DNA of 64,000 bases, taken from Thermoanaerobaculia bacterium. GTDB lineage: Bacteria > Acidobacteriota > Thermoanaerobaculia > Multivoradales > Multivoraceae. Below the pieces are notes generated by a model, which saw only the letters and a list, made by a program, of their open reading frames with translations, was not told the origin of the DNA and did no database searches. Position numbers and translations under genes: made by a program. The stretch lies in contig OY762911.1 of NCBI GenBank assembly GCA_963666565.1, positions 4,256,001-4,320,000 of the forward strand. Reading direction: 5' to 3'. Shown piece by piece: positions 27,113-37,473 of the stretch. Position 1 is the first letter of the stretch. Every line of letters begins with the position of its first letter.

Positions 27113-28135
27113 CTACCCGTCCATCGCCGTGCCGACGGTGCCTCGCAGATAGACGTCGATCAGCCGCGGCAGGGCGTTCAGGTCGTAGCCGCCTTCCAGC
27201 ACCGACACGAGCCGTCCCTCGCAGATCTCTTCCGCCAGTTCGGCGAGCCCGACGCCGAAGCGGTGGAAGGCCCGCTCGGTCAGCTTCATGTCGGCGAGCG
27301 GGTCGTTCCGCCAGGCGTCGAATCCGGCCGACACGAGCAGCACGTCCGGGTCGAACGACCGCACTGCCGGCAGCAGCAGCTCGTCCATCGCCTCGCGGTA
27401 GGCCTCGTCGCCGCTGCCCGCCGGCAGCGGGGCGTTGAACGTCGTTCCCTCGCCCTCGCCAACGCCCCGCTCGTCGGCGGCGCCCGTGCCGGGCCAGAAC
27501 GGGAACTGGTGAACGCTGAGGAAGGCGACGTCGGCCCGGTCGTCGAACAGGTGCTGGGTGCCGTTGCCGTGGTGGACGTCGAAGTCGAGGACCGCCACCC
27601 GCTCGACGCCGTGCACGTCGATCAGGCCCTGCGCCAGGATCGCGACCTGGTTCAGGTAGCAGAAGCCCATCGCACGGTCGCGCTCGCAGTGGTGCCCGGG
27701 CGGCCGGGCGACGCTCATCGCCCGGTGGCCGGCGCCCAGCATCGCGTGGTCGCCGGCCGCCAACGCGGCCTCGACCGCGGCCCAGGCGGCGTCCGCCGTC
27801 CCCGGCGACAGCGGGTTGTCGTCCGTGTCGAGCATCGGCGTCGGGGAGCTCGGGAAGCTCCCCTCAGCCGCCGACGCCGCCACCGAGGCAACGGCGGCCT
27901 CCATCCGCTCGATGTACTCCTGGTCGTGTACCAGCGCGGCGAGCCGGCGCGCCTGCCCGGCCATGCCCCGAACGGTCTCGTCGGCCGCGGCCGCCCCGGC
28001 TTCCACGAGGTCCCAACCCCGCTCTTCGAGGTAGGGCAGAGCGAGCCGCAAGCGCTCCGGCCGTTCGGGAAAGCCCCTCGGCACCGCATGCTCGTCGCAG
28101 CGCGAGTCCCAGAAAACGCTCATTGGTGAGTTCAT
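27113..28135 (-). CDS. Histone deacetylase family (AcuC/AphA-like) amidohydrolase
   Basis: PERPER, RPPGHH, MGFC, DFDVHHGNGTQ, SAGFDA, LEGGY. Confidence 0.93.
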   Translation of the reverse strand: MNSPMSVFWDSRCDEHAVPRGFPERPERLRLALPYLEERGWDLVEAGAAAADETVRGMAGQARRLAALVHDQEYIERMEAAVASVAASAAEGSFPSSPTPMLDTDDNPLSPGTADAAWAAVEAALAAGDHAMLGAGHRAMSVARPPGHHCERDRAMGFCYLNQVAILAQGLIDVHGVERVAVLDFDVHHGNGTQHLFDDRADVAFLSVHQFPFWPGTGAADERGVGEGEGTTFNAPLPAGSGDEAYREAMDELLLPAVRSFDPDVLLVSAGFDAWRNDPLADMKLTERAFHRFGVGLAELAEEICEGRLVSVLEGGYDLNALPRLIDVYLRGTVGTAMDG

Positions 28136-28219
28136 CGGCCTCCCCACCGACCTTGCGGACCGAAGTCCGCCTCTGCCCACGATCCTGGTGGCGATCCGCG
28201 GTCAGGATCGAATAGTGTA

Positions 28220-28235
28220 CATGTTCATGAACATG
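28220..28235. promoter_or_regulatory. Palindromic TA operator
   Basis: Perfect 16-bp palindrome CATGTTCATGAACATG, overlapping TGTACA, at the antitoxin start. Confidence 0.6.
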
Positions 28236-28529
28236 AACCGTCCACTCGTCACGGAACAGTACTCCATCGCCGACGCCCGCCGGAACCTCCCCGGCCTGAT
28301 CCGAAGCGCACAGCACGGAACTGCCGTCGAACTCACGCGCCGCGGCAAACCCGTCGCGGTCCTGATCGGACGGCGGGAGTTCGATCGACTGACCTCGGGC
28401 CGGCGCTCCTTCAGCGAGGCATGGAGCGCCTTCGCGGAGAGCGTGGACCTTGCCGACCTGGCCCTCGACCCCGACGAGTTGCTGGAGGGCGTCCGCGACA
28501 ACAGTCCCGGACGCGACGTCCGCCTGTGA
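28233..28529 (+). CDS. Phd/YefM family antitoxin
   Basis: YSIADARRNLPGLI, VELTRRGKPVAVL. Confidence 0.9.
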   Translation: MNRPLVTEQYSIADARRNLPGLIRSAQHGTAVELTRRGKPVAVLIGRREFDRLTSGRRSFSEAWSAFAESVDLADLALDPDELLEGVRDNSPGRDVRL

Positions 28530-28951
28530 GCGCCGCCAGATTCCTGCTCGATACGAACACGGTGTCGGAACCGCTTCGCCCGAGGCCCAACCCGAACGCC
28601 GTCGAGCGGCTGCGCCAGCACGAGGCGGAGGTCGCCATCCCGGCGCCCGTCTGGCACGAGCTCCGGTTCGGTTGCTCCCGGCTCCCGCCGTCGCGGCGCC
28701 GGGACGCCTTCGAGCGCTACCTGGAGGAGATCGTGCTCCTCAGCTTCCCGGTGTTGAACTACGGCAGGAGAGCGGCGGACTGGCACGCTCGCGAACGAGC
28801 CCGGCTGGCCGCCTCTGGCCGAACGCCGCCCTTCGTGGATGGCCAGATCGCGGCCATCGCGCACGTCCGGGGCCTGGTGCTGGTGACCTCGAACATCAGG
28901 GACTTCCGGGCGTTCGAGGGTCTTGAGATGGAAGACTGGCTGGCAGAATGA
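28526..28951 (+). CDS. vapC: VapC family PIN-domain toxin
   Basis: GTG 28526 overlaps the antitoxin stop; FLLDTNTVSE, DGQIAAIA, LVTSNIRDF. Confidence 0.92.
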   Translation: MSAARFLLDTNTVSEPLRPRPNPNAVERLRQHEAEVAIPAPVWHELRFGCSRLPPSRRRDAFERYLEEIVLLSFPVLNYGRRAADWHARERARLAASGRTPPFVDGQIAAIAHVRGLVLVTSNIRDFRAFEGLEMEDWLAE

Positions 28952-28997
28952 ACCGGCCGCCGGATTCCCCGCAGGCGGCCATTGGAGCGAGCCAATC

Positions 28998-30359
28998 ATG
29001 ACGATACGAAGCGCAGCCTCCTCGATTCGCTCCCGTCTTCCCGCGGCCGCGCTCGCCGCGGCGCTGGCGGCCCCCGTCGCCGCCTCCGACAACTGGCCGT
29101 CGTTCCGCGGCAACGGCGCGGACGGCGCCGGCGCCGGAACGCCGCCGGCCACATGGAACGTGGAGACCGGCGAGAACGTCCTGTTCCGCGTGGCCGTACC
29201 CGGCCTGGGCCACTCGAGCCCGGTGATCTGGGGAGACCGCCTGTTCCTGACCTCGTCCGTGCCCGAAGGCGAGGAGGCCTCGCTCAAGGTCGGCCTCTAC
29301 GGCGACATCGCGCCGGTCGTGGGCGAACCGCCGCAGCGCTACGAGGTGCTCGCCTACGACAAGCGGACCGGCCAGCCGCTCTGGCGGCGCACTGCGTTCG
29401 AGGGCACGCCGGCAGTCAGGCGGCACACGAAGGCCTCCCACACGAACTCCACGCCGGCGACGGACGGCGAAGTCCTCGTCGCCTTCTTCGGTTCCGAAGG
29501 GCTCCACGCCTACGACCTGGAGGGCAACCCGCTCTGGAACCGTCAGTTTGGGGTGCTCGACTCCGGCTTCTTCATGGTGAAGACAGCGCAATGGGGGTTC
29601 GCGAGTTCGCCCCTGGTCCACGACGGCCGCGTGATCGTCCAGGTCGACGTCCAGGGCGACTCGTTCCTCGCGGCGCTCGACGCGAAGACCGGCGAGGACG
29701 TCTGGCGGACCGGGCGCGACGAGATCCCGACCTGGAGTACGCCCGCCGTGTTCGCGCGCGGCGACGGCGGCCGACAGATCGTCGTCAACGGCTACCGGCA
29801 CATCGGCGGCTACGACTTCGACACCGGCGAGGAAATCTGGCGGCTCGAAGGCGGCGGCGACATCCCGGTGCCGACGCCGATCCGCGCCGGCGACGACGGA
29901 CCGATTCTCATCACCAGCGCTCACGGGCCGATGCGTCCGGTCTACGCGATCGACCCGGAGGCCGCGGGCGGGATCGATCCCGAGCACGAAGCGATGCTCT
30001 GGTTCCACGAGCGGCTGGGGAACTACATGCAGACGCCGATCGTCGTCGGCGGCCTCGCCTACTTCGGCTTCGACAACGGCGTCGTCACCGTGTTCGACTG
30101 GAAGACCGGCGAGCGGGTCGCGCAGCGGCGCCTGGGCCGCGGCGCCTCCGGCTTCACCGCTTCGCCGGTCGCCGCCGGCGGGCACGTCTACTTCAGCAGC
30201 GAGGACGGCGACGTGTACGTCATCGAGGCCGGCCAGGAGTTGAAGGAGGTCGCGGTCAACGAACTCGGCGAGACGTTCATGTCGACGCCGGCGATCTCGG
30301 ACGGCGTCATCTACTTCCGGGCGCGACGGCACCTGATCGCGGTGGGCGCCGCATCCTGA
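28998..30359 (+). CDS. PQQ-binding-like beta-propeller protein (BamB-like), copy 1
   Basis: Signal peptide; NWPSFRG, PGLGHSSPVIWGD, STPATDG, repeated propeller blades. Confidence 0.88.
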   Translation: MTIRSAASSIRSRLPAAALAAALAAPVAASDNWPSFRGNGADGAGAGTPPATWNVETGENVLFRVAVPGLGHSSPVIWGDRLFLTSSVPEGEEASLKVGLYGDIAPVVGEPPQRYEVLAYDKRTGQPLWRRTAFEGTPAVRRHTKASHTNSTPATDGEVLVAFFGSEGLHAYDLEGNPLWNRQFGVLDSGFFMVKTAQWGFASSPLVHDGRVIVQVDVQGDSFLAALDAKTGEDVWRTGRDEIPTWSTPAVFARGDGGRQIVVNGYRHIGGYDFDTGEEIWRLEGGGDIPVPTPIRAGDDGPILITSAHGPMRPVYAIDPEAAGGIDPEHEAMLWFHERLGNYMQTPIVVGGLAYFGFDNGVVTVFDWKTGERVAQRRLGRGASGFTASPVAAGGHVYFSSEDGDVYVIEAGQELKEVAVNELGETFMSTPAISDGVIYFRARRHLIAVGAAS

Positions 30360-30412
30360 CTTGCGCCGCAGCGGAAGCACCGACGCGGCGGGACGCACAA
30401 AGGACACCGACC

Positions 30413-31792
30413 ATGACTCACGCGCATCCCACCAGAACCGCCGGCCTTTCCCAGGCCCTTCAGTGCCTGATCCTGGCGGCTGCGCTGGTCGCCGCGACAC
30501 CGTCGGACACCGCGGCCTCCGACAACTGGCCGTCCTTCCGCGGCAACGGCGCGGACGGCGCCGGCGGCGGCTCGCCGCCGGCGACCTGGAACGTGGAGAC
30601 CGGCGAGAACATCCTCTTCCGGGTCGCCGTGCCGGGCCTCGGCCATTCGAGTCCCGTGATCTGGGGCGACCGCCTCTTCCTGACCACGGCGGTGCCCGAG
30701 GGCGGCGAGGCGTCGCTCAAGGTCGGGCTCTACGGCGACGGCACGCCGGTCGAGGGCGAGCCGCCGCAACGGTTCCAGGTGCTGGCCTTCGACAAGCGGA
30801 CCGGCGAGCCGCTCTGGCAGCGCACCGCCTTCCGGGGCACGCCCGCGATCAAGCGGCACATGAAGGCATCGCACACGAACTCGACGCCGGCGACCGACGG
30901 CAGCGTGCTCGTCGCCTTCTTCGGCTCCGAGGGCCTGCACGCCTACGACCTGGACGGGAACCCGCTGTGGAACCGGCAGTTCGGCGTGCTCGACTCGGGG
31001 CCGTACGACTTCCCCACCTACGAGTGGGGGTTCGCCAGCTCCCCCGTCGTCCACGACGGCCGGGTGATCGTCCAGGCCGACATCCTGAGCGACTCGTTCG
31101 TCGCGGTGCTGGACGCCGCAACCGGCGAGGACGTCTGGCGCAAGTCCCGCGAAGAGGTCGCCACCTGGAGCACCCCCGCCGTCTTCCCGCGCGCCGGCGG
31201 CGGCAAGCAGGTCGTGCTCAACGGCTACCGGCACATCGGCGGCTACGACTTCGACACCGGCCGGGAACTCTGGCGGCTCGAAGGCGGCGGCGACATCCCG
31301 GTGCCGACGCCGATTCGCGCCGGCGACGACGGGCCGATCCTCATCACGAACGCCCACGGCCGGCTGAAGCCGATCTACGCGATCGATCCGGACGCCGAGG
31401 GCAAGCTCGATCCCGGGCACGACGCGATGGTCTGGTTCCACGAGCGCCTCGGGAACTACATGCAGACGCCCATCGTCGTCGGCGAGCTCGCCTACTTCTG
31501 CTACGACAATGGCGTGGTGACGGTGGTCGACTGGCGTTCAGGCGAACGCCTGGCCCAGAAGCGACTCGGCCGCGGCGCCTCCGGCTTCAGCGCCTCGGCA
31601 GTCGCGGCCGACGGCCGCATCTACTTCAACAGCGAAGTCGGCGACGTGTACGTCATCGAGCCGGGGCCCGAACTGAACGAGATCGCGATCAACGAACTCG
31701 GCGAGACGCTGATGGCGACCCCGGCGATCTCGGACGGCGTCATCTACTTCCGGACGCGCCGCCACCTGGTCGCGGTCGGCGCGGGTTCGTAG
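30413..31792 (+). CDS. PQQ-binding-like beta-propeller protein, copy 2 (tandem paralog)
   Basis: Closely similar to copy 1 after its own signal peptide. Confidence 0.88.
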   Translation: MTHAHPTRTAGLSQALQCLILAAALVAATPSDTAASDNWPSFRGNGADGAGGGSPPATWNVETGENILFRVAVPGLGHSSPVIWGDRLFLTTAVPEGGEASLKVGLYGDGTPVEGEPPQRFQVLAFDKRTGEPLWQRTAFRGTPAIKRHMKASHTNSTPATDGSVLVAFFGSEGLHAYDLDGNPLWNRQFGVLDSGPYDFPTYEWGFASSPVVHDGRVIVQADILSDSFVAVLDAATGEDVWRKSREEVATWSTPAVFPRAGGGKQVVLNGYRHIGGYDFDTGRELWRLEGGGDIPVPTPIRAGDDGPILITNAHGRLKPIYAIDPDAEGKLDPGHDAMVWFHERLGNYMQTPIVVGELAYFCYDNGVVTVVDWRSGERLAQKRLGRGASGFSASAVAADGRIYFNSEVGDVYVIEPGPELNEIAINELGETLMATPAISDGVIYFRTRRHLVAVGAGS

Positions 31793-31841
31793 GGAACAGG
31801 GCCTCTCGAGCGGCGACGGCCTTGCAGCCGGCGCGTACCCT

Positions 31842-31885
31842 TGGCCGCCTTTGGCGGCAGCGGGTCAGACGACCCGCGTACCCGG
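31842..31885 (-). repeat. REP-like copy between convergent genes
   Basis: ggccgcctttggcggcagcgggtcagacgacccgcgtacccgg. Confidence 0.8.
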
Positions 31886-31909
31886 TTGGCGGCCCCTTCC
31901 GTAGCTCGG

Positions 31910-32290
31910 TCAGGCCTTGCGCTGCAGCACGCCGCTGAAGCTCTCCCGGTACTGGTGGGCGACGTAGAGCCCGAGCACCAGGGCCACTACGCCAATGGCC
32001 GTGCCCTCCGGCGCCAGGAAGACGTGGAACAGCAGGATGTTCAGGACGATCGGCGCCAGCGCGACGAGTGCCAGCGGCACGAACAGGCCGAGGATCAGCA
32101 GGACGCCGCAGGCGATTTCCGTCACCTTGACGACCGGCCAGAGGTAGCCCGTGTCCATCATGGCCCCCATGAAAGCCGCCGCCTCGTCTCCCATCTCGGG
32201 TTCCGGCCCCAGCCCGAACAGACCGATGACGCCGAACACGGCGAAGATCAGCCCCAGCAGGACGCGGGCAATCGTCGGAAGATGCTTCAT
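31910..32290 (-). CDS. DoxX family membrane protein
   Basis: ARVLLGLIF, TGYLWPVVKVTEI, LAPIVLNILLFH. Confidence 0.85.
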   Translation of the reverse strand: MKHLPTIARVLLGLIFAVFGVIGLFGLGPEPEMGDEAAAFMGAMMDTGYLWPVVKVTEIACGVLLILGLFVPLALVALAPIVLNILLFHVFLAPEGTAIGVVALVLGLYVAHQYRESFSGVLQRKA

Positions 32291-32413
32291 CGTCTACCCT
32301 CCCTGTCGCCCCGCTTCTCCATGAGGCGGGAAACCAGCTTAGCGTCCGAGAAAGGGACCTGCGAACAGACGGCCGCTCGCAGGCCGGCGCCAGCGGCAGT
32401 CGGGAGCTCACCG

Positions 32414-34363
32414 ATGAACGATGTACACCGAAGCGCGATTCTCTGGCGGCCTTCGGCGGAACAGGTCGAGGCCTGCAACCTGACCCGCTACGTGCGGTGG
32501 CTGGAGGACGAGCGCGGTTTGCGGTTCTCCGGCTACGACGAGCTCTGGCGCTGGTCCGTCGCCGACCTGGAGGGGTTCTGGGGCTCGATCGCCGAGCACT
32601 TCACGGTCCGGTTCCACACACCGCCGGAACGAGCGCTCGGCAGCCGCTCGATGCCAGGCGCGCGCTGGTTTCCGGGCGCGACGCTCAACTACGCCGAGCA
32701 CGCGCTGGCCAGCGCCGGCGACGAGCCGGCCCTCGTCTGCCGGGGCGAGGCGGGCGCACGGCGCGCGTTCAGCCGCGACGACCTGCGGCGCGAAGTCGCC
32801 GCCGCGAGAGCGGGTCTGCGCAGGCTCGGCATCGAGAGCGGCGACCGGGTCGTCGCCTACTTGCCGAACGACGCCGAGGCGGTCATCGCGTTCCTCGCGA
32901 CCGCCAGTCTTGGCGCGGTGTGGTCGAGTTGCCCGCCCGAGTTCGGCATCGAGAGCGTCCTGGACCGCTTCCGGCAGATCGAGCCGAAAGTCCTGATCGG
33001 AGTAGACGGCTACCGCTACAACGGACGGGACTACGACCGCGGCGGCGATCTGGAACGGATCGTCCGCTCGCTGCCGACACTCGAAGCTGCGGTCCTCGTC
33101 TCCTCGGCGGCCGGCGATGCGGGCGAGCCGCGACGCATCTCCTGGGCCGAACTGACCGCCGAACCAGGCGAACTCGCCTTCGAGGCCGTGCCGTTCGATC
33201 ACCCGCTCTGGATCCTCTACTCGTCCGGCACCACCGGCCTGCCGAAGGCGATCGTCCAGGGCCACGGCGGCATCCTGCTGGAGCACCTGAAGCAACTGGC
33301 GCTGCACACGGATCTCGGGCCCGGCGACCGCTTCTTCTGGTACACGACGACCGGCTGGATGATGTGGAACTACCTCGTCTCGGGGTTGCTCCTGGGCACG
33401 ACCGTGGTGCTCTTCGACGGTTCGCCCGGGTGGCCCGATCTCTCGGCGCTCTACCGCCTGGCCGACGAGGAGGCCGTGACCTGCTTCGGGGTCAGCGCGC
33501 CGTTCCTGATGGCATGCCGGGCCGCCGGGCTCGAACCCGGCAGGCGATTCGGCTTCGAAGCCCTGCGCGCCATCGGCTCGACCGGCGCGCCGCTCCCGGC
33601 CGAAGGGTTCGACTGGGTCCATGAGCACGTGAAGTCCGACGTCTGGCTCGGCTCGCTGTCCGGCGGCACGGACGTCTGCACCGGCTTCGTCGGGCCGAAT
33701 CCGCTGCAGGCGGTCCGGCGCGGCCGCATCCAGTGCCGCTCGCTCGGCGCCAAGGTGGAGGCGTTCGACGAGGGCGGCCGCGGAGTGACCGGGCAGGTCG
33801 GCGAACTCGTGCTGACGGAACCGCTGCCCTCGATGCCCCTCTTCTTCTGGAACGACGAGTCGGGCGACCGCTACCGGAAGAGCTACTTCGAGCACTGGCC
33901 CGGCGTCTGGCGCCACGGCGACTGGATCGAGTTCGACGGGGACGGAAGCTCCGTCATCTACGGCCGCTCCGACTCGACGCTCAACCGCGGCGGCGTGCGG
34001 ATGGGCACCTCCGAGTTCTACCGCGCCGCCGCGGAGTTGCCGGAGATCGAGGACTGCGTGATCGTCGACACGGGCAGCCTGGACCGCGAGGGCAAGCTTT
34101 GGCTGTTCGTCGTGCTGGCCGAGGGCGTCTCCCTCGACGCCGCGCTCGCCGACCGCATCCGCCGCCACCTCCGCGCCCGGCTCTCGCCCCGCCACGGGCC
34201 GAACGAGATCAGGGCGATTCCGGAGGTCCCGACGACCCTCTCCGGCAAGAAGCTCGAGGTGCCGATCAAGCGCATCCTGGCGGGCGAGCCGGTCGAGAGC
34301 GCCGTGAACGTCGGGACGCTCAAGAACCCGGAGTCGATCGCGGCTCTGGTCGCGTCGCTGTAG
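32414..34363 (+). CDS. Acetoacetate--CoA ligase
   Basis: WFPGATLNYAE, YSSGTTGLPK, WMMWN, SGGTD, GRSDSTLNRGGVRMGT, SGKKLEVPIK. Confidence 0.92.
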   Translation: MNDVHRSAILWRPSAEQVEACNLTRYVRWLEDERGLRFSGYDELWRWSVADLEGFWGSIAEHFTVRFHTPPERALGSRSMPGARWFPGATLNYAEHALASAGDEPALVCRGEAGARRAFSRDDLRREVAAARAGLRRLGIESGDRVVAYLPNDAEAVIAFLATASLGAVWSSCPPEFGIESVLDRFRQIEPKVLIGVDGYRYNGRDYDRGGDLERIVRSLPTLEAAVLVSSAAGDAGEPRRISWAELTAEPGELAFEAVPFDHPLWILYSSGTTGLPKAIVQGHGGILLEHLKQLALHTDLGPGDRFFWYTTTGWMMWNYLVSGLLLGTTVVLFDGSPGWPDLSALYRLADEEAVTCFGVSAPFLMACRAAGLEPGRRFGFEALRAIGSTGAPLPAEGFDWVHEHVKSDVWLGSLSGGTDVCTGFVGPNPLQAVRRGRIQCRSLGAKVEAFDEGGRGVTGQVGELVLTEPLPSMPLFFWNDESGDRYRKSYFEHWPGVWRHGDWIEFDGDGSSVIYGRSDSTLNRGGVRMGTSEFYRAAAELPEIEDCVIVDTGSLDREGKLWLFVVLAEGVSLDAALADRIRRHLRARLSPRHGPNEIRAIPEVPTTLSGKKLEVPIKRILAGEPVESAVNVGTLKNPESIAALVASL

Positions 34364-34370
34364 CCGCCCA

Positions 34371-34560
34371 CTGGGTGCGCGGGGCTGACATCCGACCGCC
34401 CGCAGACGGGCGCTCGGACTGTGACGCGGCTGGCGCGGGGACGCGCCAGCCGGGTTCCGACCCGCTGCCGCCGAAGGCGGCCAGGAAGACGAACCGGCCG
34501 GAGGCCGGCACCACTGGGTGCGCCGGCGTCCCCCGCCGGCCAGCCGCCGAAGGCCGGCTC
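34371..34560 (+). repeat. Composite REP-like region between convergent genes
   Basis: Partial ctgggtgcgcggg (34371); gacccgctgccgccgaaggcggcc (about 34459); type B ctgggtgcgccggcgtcccccgccggc (34514). Confidence 0.7.
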
Positions 34561-34568
34561 CGCCTTGG

Positions 34569-37334
34569 CTACTGGTTCAACTTGCCCGCAAAGTCGCCGC
34601 CGCGGAAGATCGAGACGTTCTCCAGCGAGATGTACTTCCGCAGCGCCTCGTTCACGTCGTCCAGCGTCAGATCGGCGATCGCCTGCTCCTGGGCCGCCAC
34701 GAACGCCATCGTCCGCTCGCTGAACAGGTTGTTGTTCAGCATCGACGCCACGGTACGATCCTGCGACCTTCCGTTCTGCTGCCGGTCCAGGTAGCCGCGC
34801 CGGGCGACCTCGAACTCCTCCTCGGTGAAGCCGCCTTCGAGCGCCTTGCCCACTTCGTCGCGGAAGGCCGCAACCACCTTGTCGGCGTTCTCCGGCGCGA
34901 AGATCGCGAACGTGAGGAACAGCGCGCTGTCGTCGACCGGCGGCGCGGCAACCTGCGACCCGACGCTGTAGGACAAGCCCTCCTCCTGGCGGATTCGCGT
35001 CGCCAGCCGCGAACTGAGGAATCCACCGCCAAGCATGTAGTTCGCCATCACCAGGGCCGGATAGTCCTCGTCGTCGTCGCGCATCGAGAAACTGGTGACC
35101 GCCATCATCATCGCGTTCGTCTTGTCCGGCGTCTCGAGGTCGACGCTCACCGTCTCGACGTCGCGGTACGGATCCGCCACGCGCTCGTAGGGCTCGGCCG
35201 CCCGCCAATCCCCGAACAGCTCTTCGAGCACACCGGCGACCTCGTCCGCGTCGAAGTCCCCGACGATCGCGATCGTGCCGCCCTCGCCGCCATGGAAGGA
35301 CGCCCAGAAGTCTCTCGCCTCCTCGACGGTCGCCGCGTTGAGGCGCTCGATCTGCTCGTCGAAGGTCGGCGAGTACCTGGGATGGTCCGCCGGCCAGCGG
35401 TTGAAGTGCCTGCTCATCGCCATCGGCACCTGCGCCATGGGTTCCGAGCGTTGGGACTCGATCCCGGCCAGGCGCTCCTCGCGCAAGAGATCGAACTCCT
35501 TCGCGTCGAAGGCCGGCTCGCGGAGGATCTCCGCCACCAGACCCAGCACGGCGACGAGATTCTCGCGCACCGTCGTGAACGACCCGCTGGCGATCAGGAC
35601 ACCGCCGCCAACACCGCCCTGCGCCTTCAGGCGATCCAACTCGTCACTGACTTCCTGTCTCGACCGGTTGGTTGTGCCACGCATGAGCATCGCCCCGGCC
35701 AGGTCGCCTGCCGTCGCGCGGCCCATCAGCGCCGCCTCGGTGCCGTGGCGGAAGGCGAAGCTGACGCTGACCGACTCGCCGCGCGTCTGCTTCGCCAGCA
35801 GAGCGACCTTGACGCCGTTCGAGAGTTCGAAGGCCCGGGTACGGCGGTCGATGTTCGCCGGCGTCGGGTCGAACGCCTCGCCCTCCGCGACCGCCTCGCG
35901 CCCGGCGTAGTCGGCCACCAGAGCCGCGACATCCGGCGGCTCGGGAATCTCCGCCCGCTCCGGCGTCGTGTCCGTCGGATGGAAGTAGCCGACGGTCCGG
36001 TTCGAGTTCCGCAGGTAGGTCTGCGCGACCTCGTGGACGCCCTCCGCCGTGACCTGCTCCAACCGGTCGCGGTGGAGGAAGAACAGCCGCCAGTCGCCCA
36101 TCGAGGCCCATTCGCTCAGATCGAGCGCGATCCGCTGCGGATCGTTGAACGCGAGTTCGATGCGCGAGAGATAGTCCCGCTTGGCGCGCTCGACCTCTTC
36201 CTCGGTGGGCGGCTCGGCGGCGACCTCGTCGAGGGTCGCGAACAGCGCCTCGGCGGCCTCCTCCAGGGAGTCCTCCTCACGGACCATCACGTTGGTCATC
36301 AGCACGCCCGGCTGGTTGAGCTGCAGGCTGGAGGCGAAAACCGCCGCCGCCAGCCCGGGCTCGACCAGGTTCCTGTACAGGCGTCCGGCCGGCTCGACGC
36401 CCAGGATGTGGCTGAGCACTTCGACCGCCGCGTACTGTTCGTGTGCGCCCGGCGGCACGTGGTAGACGGCCATCACGAGCTGCGTGTCGCCGACCCGCCG
36501 CAGGGTCACCGTCCGCTCTCCGTCCTGCGCCGGCTCGGCGGTGTAGGTGTCGAAGAGCGTGTTGGCGCCGGTCCGGTCGGGCCGCGGAGTGGGACCGAAC
36601 TTCTCCGCCACCAGTTCCAGCGCCCGATCGACCTCGAACCGCCCGGCGACAACCAGGATCGCATTGTCCGGCTGGTAGTACTTGCGGTAGAAGGCCTGCA
36701 GCCGCTCGATCGGCACGTTCTCGATGTCCGCCCGCGCGCCGATCGTGGAGTTGCCGTAGTTGTGCCAGTCGAAGGCGGCCGACATGACCCGCTTTCGCAG
36801 CACGCCCATCGGCTGGTTCTCGCCGCGCTCCCACTCGTTGCGCACGACGGTCATCTCGGACTCGAGGTCTTCGGCCGAGATGAAGGAGTTCACCATCCGG
36901 TCCGCTTCCAGATCGAGCGCCCACTCCAGGTTCTCGTCGGTCGCCGGGAAGGTCTCGAAGTAGTTCGTGCGGTCGAACCAGGTCGTCCCGTTGGGGAACG
37001 CGCCGTACTCCGTCATTTCGGCCGGGATGTCCGGGTGGTTCGGCGTGCCCTTGAAGACCAGATGCTCCAGCAGGTGAGCCATCCCCGTCTCGCCGTAGCC
37101 CTCGTGGCGGGAACCGACGAGGTACGTGATGTTCACGGTGATCTGCCGCTTGCTCTGGTCGGGAAAGAGCAGGAACCGGAGGCCGTTCTCCAGCCGGTAC
37201 TCCGTGATCCCTTCGACCGAGGCCACCTTGGTGACGCCGTCCGGCAGGTCCTGCGCCGCGAGCGGCAGCGCCGCCGCCAGCCACGCGAGCAGGCAAGCGG
37301 TCAACTTGAAAGCGAGCTTCGTCTTGCGCTTCAT
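34569..37334 (-). CDS. M16 family zinc protease (PqqL-like), secreted
   Basis: HLLEH inverted zinc motif; NGTTWFDRTNY; two-halves M16 architecture; signal peptide. Confidence 0.93.
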   Translation of the reverse strand: MKRKTKLAFKLTACLLAWLAAALPLAAQDLPDGVTKVASVEGITEYRLENGLRFLLFPDQSKRQITVNITYLVGSRHEGYGETGMAHLLEHLVFKGTPNHPDIPAEMTEYGAFPNGTTWFDRTNYFETFPATDENLEWALDLEADRMVNSFISAEDLESEMTVVRNEWERGENQPMGVLRKRVMSAAFDWHNYGNSTIGARADIENVPIERLQAFYRKYYQPDNAILVVAGRFEVDRALELVAEKFGPTPRPDRTGANTLFDTYTAEPAQDGERTVTLRRVGDTQLVMAVYHVPPGAHEQYAAVEVLSHILGVEPAGRLYRNLVEPGLAAAVFASSLQLNQPGVLMTNVMVREEDSLEEAAEALFATLDEVAAEPPTEEEVERAKRDYLSRIELAFNDPQRIALDLSEWASMGDWRLFFLHRDRLEQVTAEGVHEVAQTYLRNSNRTVGYFHPTDTTPERAEIPEPPDVAALVADYAGREAVAEGEAFDPTPANIDRRTRAFELSNGVKVALLAKQTRGESVSVSFAFRHGTEAALMGRATAGDLAGAMLMRGTTNRSRQEVSDELDRLKAQGGVGGGVLIASGSFTTVRENLVAVLGLVAEILREPAFDAKEFDLLREERLAGIESQRSEPMAQVPMAMSRHFNRWPADHPRYSPTFDEQIERLNAATVEEARDFWASFHGGEGGTIAIVGDFDADEVAGVLEELFGDWRAAEPYERVADPYRDVETVSVDLETPDKTNAMMMAVTSFSMRDDDEDYPALVMANYMLGGGFLSSRLATRIRQEEGLSYSVGSQVAAPPVDDSALFLTFAIFAPENADKVVAAFRDEVGKALEGGFTEEEFEVARRGYLDRQQNGRSQDRTVASMLNNNLFSERTMAFVAAQEQAIADLTLDDVNEALRKYISLENVSIFRGGDFAGKLNQ

Positions 37335-37404
37335 CTTTGCTTCTCCAGGAGTCGGCGCAGCCCCGCGCTGCGCGTCCAAGGTCTTGTGCGGGAACGTCCT
37401 GATG

Positions 37405-37433
37405 TAGAACGGAGCCGGGTCCCGATTGTTTCC
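37405..37433 (-). promoter_or_regulatory. ECF sigma-factor-type promoter upstream of the M16 protease
   Basis: Minus strand GGAAAC-N16-CGTTCTA. Confidence 0.55.
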
Positions 37434-37473
37434 GGGTCAAGGCACCTTGCGTGGAGACTACCGCCGAGCGCCG

